64,000 nt of DNA from Mayamaea pseudoterrestris (lineage: Eukaryota). The notes beneath the pieces were generated by a model. The model searched no databases and was not told the DNA's origin. It was given only the letters and a program-made list of their open reading frames with translations. The stretch lies in NCBI GenBank assembly GCA_027923505.1, contig BROI01000027.1, positions 186,001-250,000 on the forward strand, given 5' to 3'. Made by a program: the position numbers and the translations under genes. Shown in pieces: positions 34,268 to 44,478 of this stretch. Position 1 is the first letter of the stretch. Every line of letters begins with the position of its first letter.

Positions 34268-35482
34268 ATGACAACTAATGATATCGAAGAACCCGATCTC
34301 ATCAAGCTGATCAAAGCCCCAAAGCCATCATGGTCGCTCATTTTAAAGCGCGTCCGCGAGCACCCATCCGAGGCTCGATACATTGACCCAGTCACTGGAC
34401 AAACGGTGTTGCACTGGGCGATTGAGCGACGAAGTACATCCCAGAGCCGACTACAAGTCATCATGTCCATGCTAGCCTGGTATCCAGGAGCAACCATGGT
34501 GCGATGCAAGCTAAAGGGATACACGCCGCTTGACAAGGTCTGTGTGTCGAGAACGGAGAACGAATTTATACTTGAAAGTGACGCCAAGGTTGCAGAGCTA
34601 TTGATAAAGTCCAGCACTGTGAAGGAGTTACTTGTCAATTCGCGCAATAATTTGGAGCGACTCTCGCCTCTCTCGCTTCACGTGAAAGCCATGTCGTTGT
34701 TACAGGCGAGAATCAAGCACCAAGTGCCATCAAATGCAGAGCACGGCGAAAAGAAGCAACATTTGCATCGAGCCTCCAAAGTTGTTCTTGGCGCAATCGC
34801 GCCACATTGCTCGCTGGAAACCTTGTCGGAAGCGCTCGAAACCTTGTATCTTTGCAACTCGCTTGTCATTATGGACATGATTAGCCAGGAGGAAAGCAGG
34901 AGTCGACGCAGCAGCAATAACGGCGGCTTTGACTTTGGCAAGCAGTCGCGAAAAAGGTCGGCGAAAGGTCATTGGATTTGGGAGTGGCTGCTTGACATGC
35001 TAGCGGTCTTGCATACGCGAAGCGCTCCCCACCGACAGGCACCCTTTCACGCGCTCCACTTGCTTAGTAAAATACCAAACTGTCCACCTCCGTTTCTACA
35101 ACTGGCCATGAGAGCCTATCCATATGATGTCAAAACGCCGGATCCGACGTCGGGTAATTTGCCGCTGCACAATGTTGCGGAATGGACCTCGCAGCATGGT
35201 GCTGATTCAAACGTGCGCAAGTACATGTGCATCGAGTCGCTCAGTGCGGCTCACGAAACAGGACTCGCAGAGCCAAACGTTGCTGGCAAAACGCCGGTGC
35301 AGTTGGACAATGAGGCTGGAACGAATCTGTTGGACATGGGAGTTTCGGGGCATGATCAAAGTAGCGGCAGCCGTGACGATGATGGTGGGGATGAAGTCGA
35401 CGACGAGTTTGATGACGACGAAGAAGGAGAAAGTTTAGTCAACGCTGATGATGAGAGTTATGATGAAGACGGATCGAGATGA
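34268..35482 (+). CDS. Ankyrin-repeat-like protein with acidic tail (404 aa)
   Basis: GQTVLHWA, GYTPL, GNLPLHNV and GKTPV motifs. Confidence 0.7.
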   Translation: MTTNDIEEPDLIKLIKAPKPSWSLILKRVREHPSEARYIDPVTGQTVLHWAIERRSTSQSRLQVIMSMLAWYPGATMVRCKLKGYTPLDKVCVSRTENEFILESDAKVAELLIKSSTVKELLVNSRNNLERLSPLSLHVKAMSLLQARIKHQVPSNAEHGEKKQHLHRASKVVLGAIAPHCSLETLSEALETLYLCNSLVIMDMISQEESRSRRSSNNGGFDFGKQSRKRSAKGHWIWEWLLDMLAVLHTRSAPHRQAPFHALHLLSKIPNCPPPFLQLAMRAYPYDVKTPDPTSGNLPLHNVAEWTSQHGADSNVRKYMCIESLSAAHETGLAEPNVAGKTPVQLDNEAGTNLLDMGVSGHDQSSGSRDDDGGDEVDDEFDDDEEGESLVNADDESYDEDGSR

Positions 35483-35873
35483 TGAAGACATTAAATCACA
35501 TACAATTGATGGCGGACACGGACTGACGGTAGGTGGTTTGCTTGGCCACGACGATGAATGGTGTATAGTAAAGCGCCGAGCGGAAATATGCATATCTCTT
35601 CAGCTTTGACCACCGACTTTGAGGACGGATCAAGACGATGAAGACATACGATATATGCAATTGGCGGCCGACGCGGACTTACTCTAGGATGTTTTGTATT
35701 CGCGACGGGCGATGTACGGTCTTTTAAAGGCCCGGCACAGGCATCTGCAAACACGAACTTGTTTAAACAATAATCTACAGGTGCACTCAACGCTACATTG
35801 GTTGCATATATCAATCAGTCGAGCAGCACATTAAAAAGTTGTCCATTGTCTTAAAACCTGTCAAAATGTAACG

Positions 35874-36791
35874 TTACATACCCGAAACATACACCAAACT
35901 CTTCTGAACTTCTTCCATGTACCGCTCCAAGCCGTCAACAATGTCTTGATCCGCTTTCTTTCGCTCGTCCTGCTCGACCTTGATCTCATGCTCGAGCTCT
36001 TTTAGTTCTTGCTGAATGCGCTGGTCGAGCGTTCGCTCCGACTCGGTGCGATTTGACTGGTCGGCAACTGACTGCTCCGTCAATTTTTGAATCGCGTCAA
36101 ACCGCTCCTGTCGTTCCTTCTGCCAAAGCTCCTTATAGTCGCTGCCCAGTCGCGCAATTTGCTGATTGAGCGCCTCCTCTCGCTCTAGCCGCGTCTGACG
36201 CTCATTCTGCGTCTGCTGCTTCAATTCATTCACTTGATCCTGCAAGTACGATGCCGCTCGCGCCGACTCGTGCTGGACCGACTGCAAGTCCGCCTGCCAC
36301 CGCGTTTCCAGCAAGGCCAGCCGCTCCTCCACCAAGTTTAGTCGCTCCTCTGTCGCAGCACGATCATGATCCATTTGTTCCTGAAGACGCTCCTCGACGC
36401 GTCGAATTTCCTCCTGCGCCTTGAGTTGAAACTCTTTGAGTGCTTCGACTCGTCGCTTGACTTCGGCCGAAAGGGCCGCCTCGAGGCGCTTGGTCTGCAC
36501 CTTGATGGAGGCAATGGCAGCGTCCTCCTTATCGCGGCGCTGACGAGTCTTTTGTTTGACTGTTTCCGTGAATGAGGCAGCGTCATCCAAGACAATGAGC
36601 ATGGATGGTGTTTGTGGATATTGCGGTACTAGTTGTTGTTGTTGCTGATTGGTTGTGGATGCTGCTGCGGCTGCGGCTGTCGGTGACGCGTCGCCGAGAG
36701 TCGAGACCGGAGACGCGAATTGATGGGCATCGCGATACGGAGTATGGTATGGCGTGTCTGGGTCTTCATTCTTGCTCTCAGGAGACGACAT
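35874..36791 (-). CDS. SF-assemblin / beta-giardin family coiled-coil protein
   Basis: Ser/Pro-rich head followed by a segmented coiled coil (RLEAALSAEVKRRVEA...ERKKADQDIVDGLERYMEEVQKSL). An alternative ATG lies at 36830. Confidence 0.75.
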   Translation of the reverse strand: MSSPESKNEDPDTPYHTPYRDAHQFASPVSTLGDASPTAAAAAASTTNQQQQQLVPQYPQTPSMLIVLDDAASFTETVKQKTRQRRDKEDAAIASIKVQTKRLEAALSAEVKRRVEALKEFQLKAQEEIRRVEERLQEQMDHDRAATEERLNLVEERLALLETRWQADLQSVQHESARAASYLQDQVNELKQQTQNERQTRLEREEALNQQIARLGSDYKELWQKERQERFDAIQKLTEQSVADQSNRTESERTLDQRIQQELKELEHEIKVEQDERKKADQDIVDGLERYMEEVQKSLVYVSGM

Positions 36792-37126
36792 GGTCCATGT
36801 ACTTTGCCTAATATGAAAGGTAATTTCCATGGCGAGGACGCAGCATAGCGAATGTCGCCGAGCATTATAGTCGCACCGGTACAACAAGTACCGTTACGAT
36901 ATCATTAGGGATCGCGCACGACGATTGCACCTCAACAACCTCAACATGATGTTGTTACCGGTACATGTTACATCCCATCCAAGGCCTGCTCTACCAATAC
37001 TTCGCAAAAGAATAGTACAGTTATGCAACGGAGCGTCGACGCTGCGCTCGCATTGCCGCGCAACTGGAAAATCAACTTGATGTTGCTAGCTCAAACAAAT
37101 GATGACTCTTCGGTAGGTTATATATC

Positions 37127-37702
37127 TTAAATATTACTATTAGGCCGCAAGTATGACAGTATCCTTCGCCGATGGTTGTCCAAAATGGTTTGCGCTGTAC
37201 GTCTGTTTGCACTTGCATTCAACCTTTGCTGCTGCCTCTCTCGTTGAGTATCATCACCAACCGCAACTACGGCTCGTGCATGTCTTCGCTGCCGCCGCCT
37301 CCTTTCAATTCGACGAGACATTTCCAAGGCTTCCGCTCCTGTTTCACTGTCAGAACTTTCAGTTCGTTCCGTGTCATCTTGATCACTTTTATGCGGCAAG
37401 TCAAAGTACCCAACAATGAGCGGTTCGACATCCGGCCCCAAGACTGTGACATCCTCCTGATTCTCAATCTGCCATTGTCGAATTGCAGCGCGTAGCGTTG
37501 GATGGGTAATGAGATCCGAAAGATGCATGGTGCGCCGCGTCAAGGGACAAGTGTTGGAGTGGGCAGCGAGCCATTCGACAATGGCGGACCGTTCGTAGCT
37601 GTGGCCGTACTTTGAGAGGACGGGGTCCTGCATGATCTCGTTTGTAATGGGACAGACAAAGTCTTCTGGTGCCTCCTGCGATTGATTGCTGCTCTCGTTC
37701 AT
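37127..37702 (-). CDS. U-box domain protein (putative E3 ubiquitin ligase)
   Basis: PEDFVCPITNEIMQDPV...GHSYERSAIVEWL...TCPLTR...LRAAIRQW. Confidence 0.9.
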   Translation of the reverse strand: MNESSNQSQEAPEDFVCPITNEIMQDPVLSKYGHSYERSAIVEWLAAHSNTCPLTRRTMHLSDLITHPTLRAAIRQWQIENQEDVTVLGPDVEPLIVGYFDLPHKSDQDDTERTESSDSETGAEALEMSRRIERRRRQRRHARAVVAVGDDTQRERQQQRLNASANRRTAQTILDNHRRRILSYLRPNSNI

Positions 37703-38208
37703 GGTGCTGCTTCGTTTCGTTGCTTCTTGTGAAGTTGATCACGCGGCGGCTGACAGTTTGACTTTGCGTTCGGTGAACTCCTTTGACGATTTGCGATCGC
37801 GTCAACGACTCCTTGGCCTTCGTCGGCGCGTTTCAATCCTGCATGGAGGAACCGAAACGGACTTGGCTTGCGCGCGAGTGGGTCAGCCGTTTCAAATGCC
37901 GAGTCGGCCGCTTCATCGCCAAAGCTATGTGGACCTTTGGGGTGGACGATTAGCACAAGTGTGCTGAGTTATTTTGCATTGAAGCGCTTGTCCAGTACTG
38001 TACATAGCATATAGCATGCATACCTCTTACACAAAAGCTACCGTAGTTTTACTTCAGCCAGGCTATGGTTTGCCGACAGCTAAGATTGTTGACATGATGT
38101 GTGCAACATCAAAAGCATATCTTTTTTATACCTAAACTGATAGCTTTCGTTTGTCATAATGACTCCTGCTATGCGTATCGTCCGCCGAATCATCCCGCTT
38201 ACAAGTAG

Positions 38209-39431
38209 TTACCGTTGCATCGGCCGCACTTTCAAGCACAAGAGACCCGTCACAAAGTAGCCTGCCACTGCCAAGCAGATTAGTATGCCGCCTCGACCCA
38301 ACGTGCAACTTGATTCATAGATACCGGCAGCTTGAAGCATGCCAAAGGTTGTGCTCGTTAATTGGCTTGAGCAGAGATTGCTTCGAAAGATTAAAAAGGT
38401 GAGGCCTTGGAAGAGTGAACAACCAACGACGAACAACAGGCCAATCAGTCGCATTCGAGCAACCGACATGCGGCACCCACAAAGTGAAACAACCAAAACA
38501 CAACTCAGCACTGTAGACAAGACGTAGGTTGCCGTTTGAAGACCGATGGCCGCCTTCCACATACTGTCAGAAGCCAGACTGTCTGGATAGTCGACACAAG
38601 ATGACGAAAAGACCACTGCAACGTTTTGCGAGCTCTCGTCGACAACAGTTCCAGCGTAGTCAATGTCTTGCTGCTTCCATAGACCAAGATTCCTGTAGGG
38701 CAAGTCTTCAAGTCCTTGTGACTGCGTACCATTGCTTGTTCCAATGTCGCTAAAGCTGTGATTCGGAGCAATCGCAACGACTCGGCACCAAAGACCACCG
38801 CTTAATGAAAAGATTAGCGACAAAGGTGAGGCCTTGGAAGAGTGAACAACCAACGACGAACAACAGGCCAATCAGTCGCATTCGAGCAACCGACATGCGG
38901 CACCCACAAAGTGAAACAACCAAAACACAACTCAGCACTGTAGACAAGACGTAGGTTGCCGTTTGAAGACCGATGGCCGCCTTCCACATACTGTCAGAAG
39001 CCAGACTGTCTGGATAGTCGACACAAGATGACGAAAAGACCACTGCAACGTTTTGCGAGCTCTCGTCGACAACAGTTCCAGCGTAGTCAATGTCTTGCTG
39101 CTTCCATAGACCAAGATTCCTGTAGGGCAAGTCTTCAAGTCCTTGTGACTGCGTACCATTGCTTGTTCCAATGTCGCTAAAGCTGTGATTCGGAGCAATC
39201 GCAACGACTCGGCACCAAAGACCACCGCTTAATGAAAAGATTAGCGACATGAAGCCTCCTATGGCTGGCAGTAGGGCGGCGCATCTGGTGATTTGAAAGT
39301 AGATTGATGTGATTATTTCAAGTTTGAATGTGATAAACAGAGAGTCGGTCGGAGCGAAAGAGGCGTGCGTCAGAATTCAGAAAGCGGCAAGACGCATTAG
39401 TGGCTCACTTTCAAACTCACTCGTCTTCCAT
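38209..39431 (-). pseudogene. Four-TM (claudin-like) membrane protein gene frameshifted by an internal 427-bp tandem duplication
   Basis: Exon 1 is 39421-39431 (ATG GAA GAC GA|GTGAGT) and the intron is 39285-39420. Removing one duplicate copy gives an intact 219-aa ORF with four hydrophobic segments. Could be an assembly artefact. Confidence 0.65.
38395..39248. repeat. Direct tandem duplication, 2 x 427 bp (38395-38821 and 38822-39248), no differences seen
   Basis: Same sequence at offset 427; duplicated ORFs at 38505/38932 and 38529/38956. Confidence 0.97.
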
Positions 39432-39652
39432 GTTCTACTTTGATTGTCTGTTTCGAATTCAGCGTAATCCCGCCATGGCGTGAGAGACTGTGACGAACAA
39501 ACAAGAGTGTGCCTGGTGCTGATGGCGGGAGGCGCGTTTTGGGCTGCCGCCGCGCCAGAGTGAGTACCGCTGCGATTGTAATGCCGGAAGAAACTGCGAC
39601 TCAGATGACGTCAAGCTTTGGACGCTTGCAAATGACCCCGCACACAATGACC

Positions 39653-39744
39653 GTGTTAGCTATCCCAAAAAGTATTGCTTTACTTTAAGAGTATGCTCTC
39701 AAAAGAGCCATTGATTACCACTCAATTAGTGCAACATCTAGCCT
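39653..39744 (+). repeat. Dispersed ~90-bp repeat, copy B (solo copy of the satellite left-flank sequence)
   Basis: GTGTTAGCTATCC...GAGTATGCTCTCA...AGAGCCAT...ACCACTCAATTA.TGCAA..TCTAGCCT is shared with 7863-7952. Confidence 0.8.
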
Positions 39745-40276
39745 CTCCTTTGGCCCATATAGACAAGATATGTTGGCATCAACCATTCTGTTGCTGTGAG
39801 GGCCAGTGTCAACATTACTGTCTTTGTTTGGCAGTGTTTGTGCGCGCGAAGCGTGCAAAAATCTTTGCAGGCTTTGTGAAACCATTGATCCTACCACCTC
39901 CCCGCCCCGCGAATGTGTTTGAGTTTCAATGGGTACCGTACCGCTGCGAATGTCACCTACTCCTATTAGTGTCGACCTGATGAGGACGTATTTCTTTTCA
40001 TTTCAGCCTCCCCAAGCATCGAAAGTAACTGCGTAATGTGATATAACCAGTGCGCCTCAAAAGTAAGGCATGAGATACAGGTGGAGCAGGTATATGCTTA
40101 GTGTGTATCACTATAATTGATAACAAATAAAGGGACACCCAAGGAGCTTTTCGTCGTAATGAACCATCCTGCTCGTCGCTTACAGTTGTACAGAGCATGA
40201 AATTTAAACACCGCAGCAACAAATCAATTTTCAAGCTGCGCCCATCAACCTGGCATTAACTATAAGCAGATAATTA

Positions 40277-40870
40277 CTACTCATACCAGATAGTGGTCTT
40301 GCCATCAGTCTCCGTCACTCGCGGCCGTTGTCCAAGAATATCTTGAATTTGGTCGCAAAGATTCTTTCGAAATCCAGCGCAGTCTTTTGAGCTGCTGGAG
40401 TATTGAGTACTATTCAAAGAATAGTTTGTGATGTAGAAGCCACAATTTTTGCGAAACAAAATCAAGATTCTCTTAATTAGTTGATCGGATTGCCCACTGC
40501 TGTAGTGGTCCCCATTGACGTAATATGTGAATCGATGAGCCGTTAAATACTGGTCACTCGTCGTCAAGGCACTAGTTATTTGCTGAAATCGCGCCTGATC
40601 CTTCATTGCCGCTGTCTGGAGCTTGATGGCTTCAGTTTGTGCGTCGATGGATGTTTTGACAGCGCTCACTGCATCCTTCAAGTCACAAAGGTGTTGGTTT
40701 GTTGTGTTTAACTTATTCTCCATCGACTCTTTTACCAATTTTGACCCTTCAGACACATCTTTGATCGACGCAGCGATTTCCCTGCTAAGCGCTAGACTGT
40801 TAGACTCAGTTACGCTTACAGCCGCTTGAATAAGAGCTTCGGCTGCAGCCGTGAGTTTGTTCGGCTCCAT
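40277..40870 (-). CDS. Hypothetical protein (about 197 aa), N-terminal coiled coil plus a small globular C-terminal domain
   Basis: Open frame from ATG 40870 (MEPNKL...); heptad-rich N-terminal half. Confidence 0.6.
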   Translation of the reverse strand: MEPNKLTAAAEALIQAAVSVTESNSLALSREIAASIKDVSEGSKLVKESMENKLNTTNQHLCDLKDAVSAVKTSIDAQTEAIKLQTAAMKDQARFQQITSALTTSDQYLTAHRFTYYVNGDHYSSGQSDQLIKRILILFRKNCGFYITNYSLNSTQYSSSSKDCAGFRKNLCDQIQDILGQRPRVTETDGKTTIWYE

Positions 40871-41140
40871 CGCTGTCGGTGCTTCAAACGAAGCGATGTT
40901 ATATGATTTTGGACGGAGTGTTCGACTCGTATAACTCGTACGCCACCGACCGCATGATTCAGGTACTTGGGTTTTCGTGTAAATACTGACGTCGCACTGA
41001 CCATGGGCATCCGGGAGTGTCAACCTATCATACCAAAGAATAGTATGGCATTGTAAAAGTACTGTACAAGATACACCAACACACGAATGTTGATTGCCAG
41101 AAACCGGGTTGATGTTGAAAGATATACCTAGCGGTAGGTG

Positions 41141-44017
41141 TCAACGCTTTTGCCCAGCTCGTCGACTAGCTCTCGTTTCTCTATACCGTGCTAGTGGATC
41201 AGGCTTTGTACGAAGTAAGCCGTATACTGCAGTTAGCGAGTCAAGCTCTTTCTTTTGAACCTGCATTCGGTGGTCCTCAATGGTTTGGCCGTCATACAAA
41301 AAGGCGGGATCGCGACGACGTTTATCTGGAATGCGAGCAAAGACAGCAGCCACCATGAATGGGTACATGCCGTCCAAGGCATGGAGAAAAATCTCTTCTT
41401 CGCGCTCTGTACGTAATGCTTGATTGTGAAGCGATACTGAAAGGACATTGTGATTAATGTCTGCAACGCTGCGAAGCTTGCGAGGAAACTTTAATGCTTT
41501 GGGGCAGCTTTTGACAAGAATGCTGAGACCGCCACTCCATGTAGTTCCAGACTCGATGGCAAGTTGAAGGGGTGTTTCGCCTTGATTGTTGGTAGTGCGC
41601 GACGCTTCAGGATAAAGCCCAAGGAGCAGGTCAATCGCCTGCAACTTGCGACGAATGACAAACGGATCACCGCAAATGATATCTTTATCGCATCGCCACG
41701 AGCACACGTGATGCAGCGGGAGATTGTACAAGTTGTCGCGTGGGTCTCGATCTTCAATTTGCTTTGGATACATCTGACACAGCAATGCCAATATTGGTGT
41801 TGGGCATGCGGTCATGCTCGCCGCTGCTTGTAGCGCACAAAATGGGCGTTTATCGCCATCGGAACCAGCAGAGTCTGCATATTTCAATATCAACACTGTC
41901 CACTTTAGTGCCCACCATTCCGAAAACTTTGAGGTAACAGTCGCCCCACTTGCTCCGACGGCATCATTGGCAAACGCGTCATCGACGGCTTCTTTAAACT
42001 GACCCATATTGCTCCGGTACAAAAGCTCGATTGGTGACCGCATCTTGTTGCGATACGTTCGCGCTTCCGCCAACGAGTAAGCTTGTCGAAGAAGCGTTTT
42101 GATTACGCCCGTCGATGAGCTGGACGCAGACGGCGCCTCCTCTGGGTTAATATGCATGCGGCTGTAGGATAGTATATGGACATCCAACGCACTAAATCCA
42201 TCGTCTGTGAACACATAGGGACTGTGCTCCGCGTACGTGATAATCAACTCAATCATGGTAGCAGCATCGTTCATGTCATAGTACTTATCCGCCACCAAGC
42301 AAGCGTAATGTAAGGGAGTATATTTCTTGCTAGTGCATCTGGTAATGGCAGCCTCGGGAGCCGCCATGAGCAACACTTCAATGACTTCCAATGGAGCGGG
42401 GTCATACCCAGGTATTAGCCCGTCGCGCATGGCAGGATTGGTGCGACTCATGACTGCCAAGTGCAAGGCGGTCGTGCCATCGGTTTCGTTCACGCACTTT
42501 GCGTCTCGCGGGTTCATGTCGCATTCTTCAACTACCATATCCCATTGGCAAGAGCGAGCATACTGATAGACTGGTGACAACGGATTAACAGCTGGTTCTT
42601 GAACTGTTTGACTCTCTTCCACAATATCTGTTTCGTCGTCGTAATCATCCCACGCAGCTTCCGTCTCATCGCTCATGGGCTGCCTTACAGTCGACTCTAC
42701 ACTTCTTTGCCGCATTGGTAGATCAGGAGAAATGTCAATCTGTTCCGATTTGAATATATTCTTAGTATTTGGTCCCGACTCCAACGGAGTATGCAACCAT
42801 TGCTGCTCCTCTTGATGTGTCGTCTTGAGCTGCACTCGCTGCTTGAGTCGGCGACTGGCACTACTATGGCTTTGACTCGAAGGCGATCGATGAGGCGATT
42901 GCGCCGCCGCCGATGTGGCAGATAGTCGCCTTTGACCCGTTCGTCGTGGTGACTGTGAGACTTGCTGTGAATTGGACGCAGGCGTGTGATTGCCGCCGTT
43001 TGACGTTATTGCCTGATTGGGAACGGATCGTTGTCTGGTAGCTTTTGTTGCCACTGTCTTTTCGCTCGCGGGTCTACCCAAGTTGCTATTTCCAACTGTT
43101 TGTGCTCCTCCGGCCGCAAAGGAAGCGGCACGGGGTCGCACCTTTTTCACAGTGCCCTTTTTTCCAGTTGGCGTCGCCACTGCAGGTATAGTCTTTTTCT
43201 GTCGTGGCATACCTTGATCACTGCTTGAAGCGATAGTCTCCTGCGACGTTGCAGCAGTAGTTGCAGCTGCTGCCAATGACTTTTGACGGGGTCGTTGCGA
43301 AAGTTTCTTTGCCGAATCTTGCTTTGCCATACTCTTTGGCATTTGCGACGCAATCGCCGCACTACTCAAACTCTGCGCTCGCCGCCGCTGTCGCTGCACT
43401 GCTGGTTTGACGGGTGAAACATTAGGCGCCGTCTTTTTAGGAAGTGACTTTGCTAAATTCGTAGCGTCGCCTGCTGCCAGCGAGTGAGACGGAGGAACGT
43501 TGCTTAGACTCGATCGTCGCTTGTGCGTCGGACCAGTGACTCCACTGCTGCCAGGCGACAGTTTGCTTGCATTAGCGGCAGTGACAGACGTGGTAGGACC
43601 AAGACTAGCCCTCCGGCGGTTCCTGCGAAGAATACTGGTGCTTGCTGCAGCATTCGTCGGCGGTGATTGCTCAATGGGACGAGTCATTAAAGCAGCCGCT
43701 GGACCATTGGCATCAGCAGAGGGTGCATTGAGCGACAAACTGTAAAACTTTTGCTTCTCGGATGATTCTTGCGTCGAGTCAGTGCCAACACTGGATCGTC
43801 GGCTATTCTTCCAGGTACTAATGACATTATTGCTGCCTGTTGCTTTTGCAGTTGCAGCTGAATGATTGTTATTATTTCCTCTTCCAGTCAAAACATTCGC
43901 CAGCTGCTTCATGCTTAATCGACGCGGCGCTCGCGCTGGACTCTTTGCCGTCGTGCTGTTTCGTCGTCGCATCCGCGGGTCGTCGCTTGCGTCGAGTGGA
44001 GCAAAGTGAGCCGACAT
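41141..44017 (-). CDS. Large protein with disordered basic Ser/Arg-rich N-terminus and ankyrin-like C-terminus
   Basis: GTTALHLAV, YTPLHYAC, NLPLHHVC, GETPLQLAI and GMYPFMVAA motifs; first ATG at 44017. Confidence 0.8.
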   Translation of the reverse strand: MSAHFAPLDASDDPRMRRRNSTTAKSPARAPRRLSMKQLANVLTGRGNNNNHSAATAKATGSNNVISTWKNSRRSSVGTDSTQESSEKQKFYSLSLNAPSADANGPAAALMTRPIEQSPPTNAAASTSILRRNRRRASLGPTTSVTAANASKLSPGSSGVTGPTHKRRSSLSNVPPSHSLAAGDATNLAKSLPKKTAPNVSPVKPAVQRQRRRAQSLSSAAIASQMPKSMAKQDSAKKLSQRPRQKSLAAAATTAATSQETIASSSDQGMPRQKKTIPAVATPTGKKGTVKKVRPRAASFAAGGAQTVGNSNLGRPASEKTVATKATRQRSVPNQAITSNGGNHTPASNSQQVSQSPRRTGQRRLSATSAAAQSPHRSPSSQSHSSASRRLKQRVQLKTTHQEEQQWLHTPLESGPNTKNIFKSEQIDISPDLPMRQRSVESTVRQPMSDETEAAWDDYDDETDIVEESQTVQEPAVNPLSPVYQYARSCQWDMVVEECDMNPRDAKCVNETDGTTALHLAVMSRTNPAMRDGLIPGYDPAPLEVIEVLLMAAPEAAITRCTSKKYTPLHYACLVADKYYDMNDAATMIELIITYAEHSPYVFTDDGFSALDVHILSYSRMHINPEEAPSASSSSTGVIKTLLRQAYSLAEARTYRNKMRSPIELLYRSNMGQFKEAVDDAFANDAVGASGATVTSKFSEWWALKWTVLILKYADSAGSDGDKRPFCALQAAASMTACPTPILALLCQMYPKQIEDRDPRDNLYNLPLHHVCSWRCDKDIICGDPFVIRRKLQAIDLLLGLYPEASRTTNNQGETPLQLAIESGTTWSGGLSILVKSCPKALKFPRKLRSVADINHNVLSVSLHNQALRTEREEEIFLHALDGMYPFMVAAVFARIPDKRRRDPAFLYDGQTIEDHRMQVQKKELDSLTAVYGLLRTKPDPLARYRETRASRRAGQKR

Positions 44018-44478
44018 GATATTATGGTGCTGTCGGCGCGATTCGGGTCGTGTTGGCAGAAGCAAGCAGGACGACTATTGTGTGTCTGTACAGAAAGCGA
44101 AAGTAGTTGCAAATGCCCTTCTAGATTAGCCTCTTTAACGATCCAATTCTCTTGTCTACTACCAGAATGCAACAATCTATTCGAGCTCCTTGGTGCATGA
44201 GGAGCAAATGGCCGTCGGGACTCGAGAGGTGCGCATGCTGATGCAGCGACGAAGTGGAGAGGCCATGCGCAGCGCTATCGATTTCACTTTGAATAGCCCA
44301 TAAAAATGTCAAAACGAAGATCTATTCAAGCCATATATGGAAAAGACATTCCGGGAAGGTCATTGCGAGCAATGATGACGCACGGATAAGTGGTGCGACA
44401 AATTCTCGTCGCTTGGCGACCATGGCGGCTAGTCGCTCCTAACTCTTGCTTCGTCACCTCTTCATAGCCGCTGCTACC

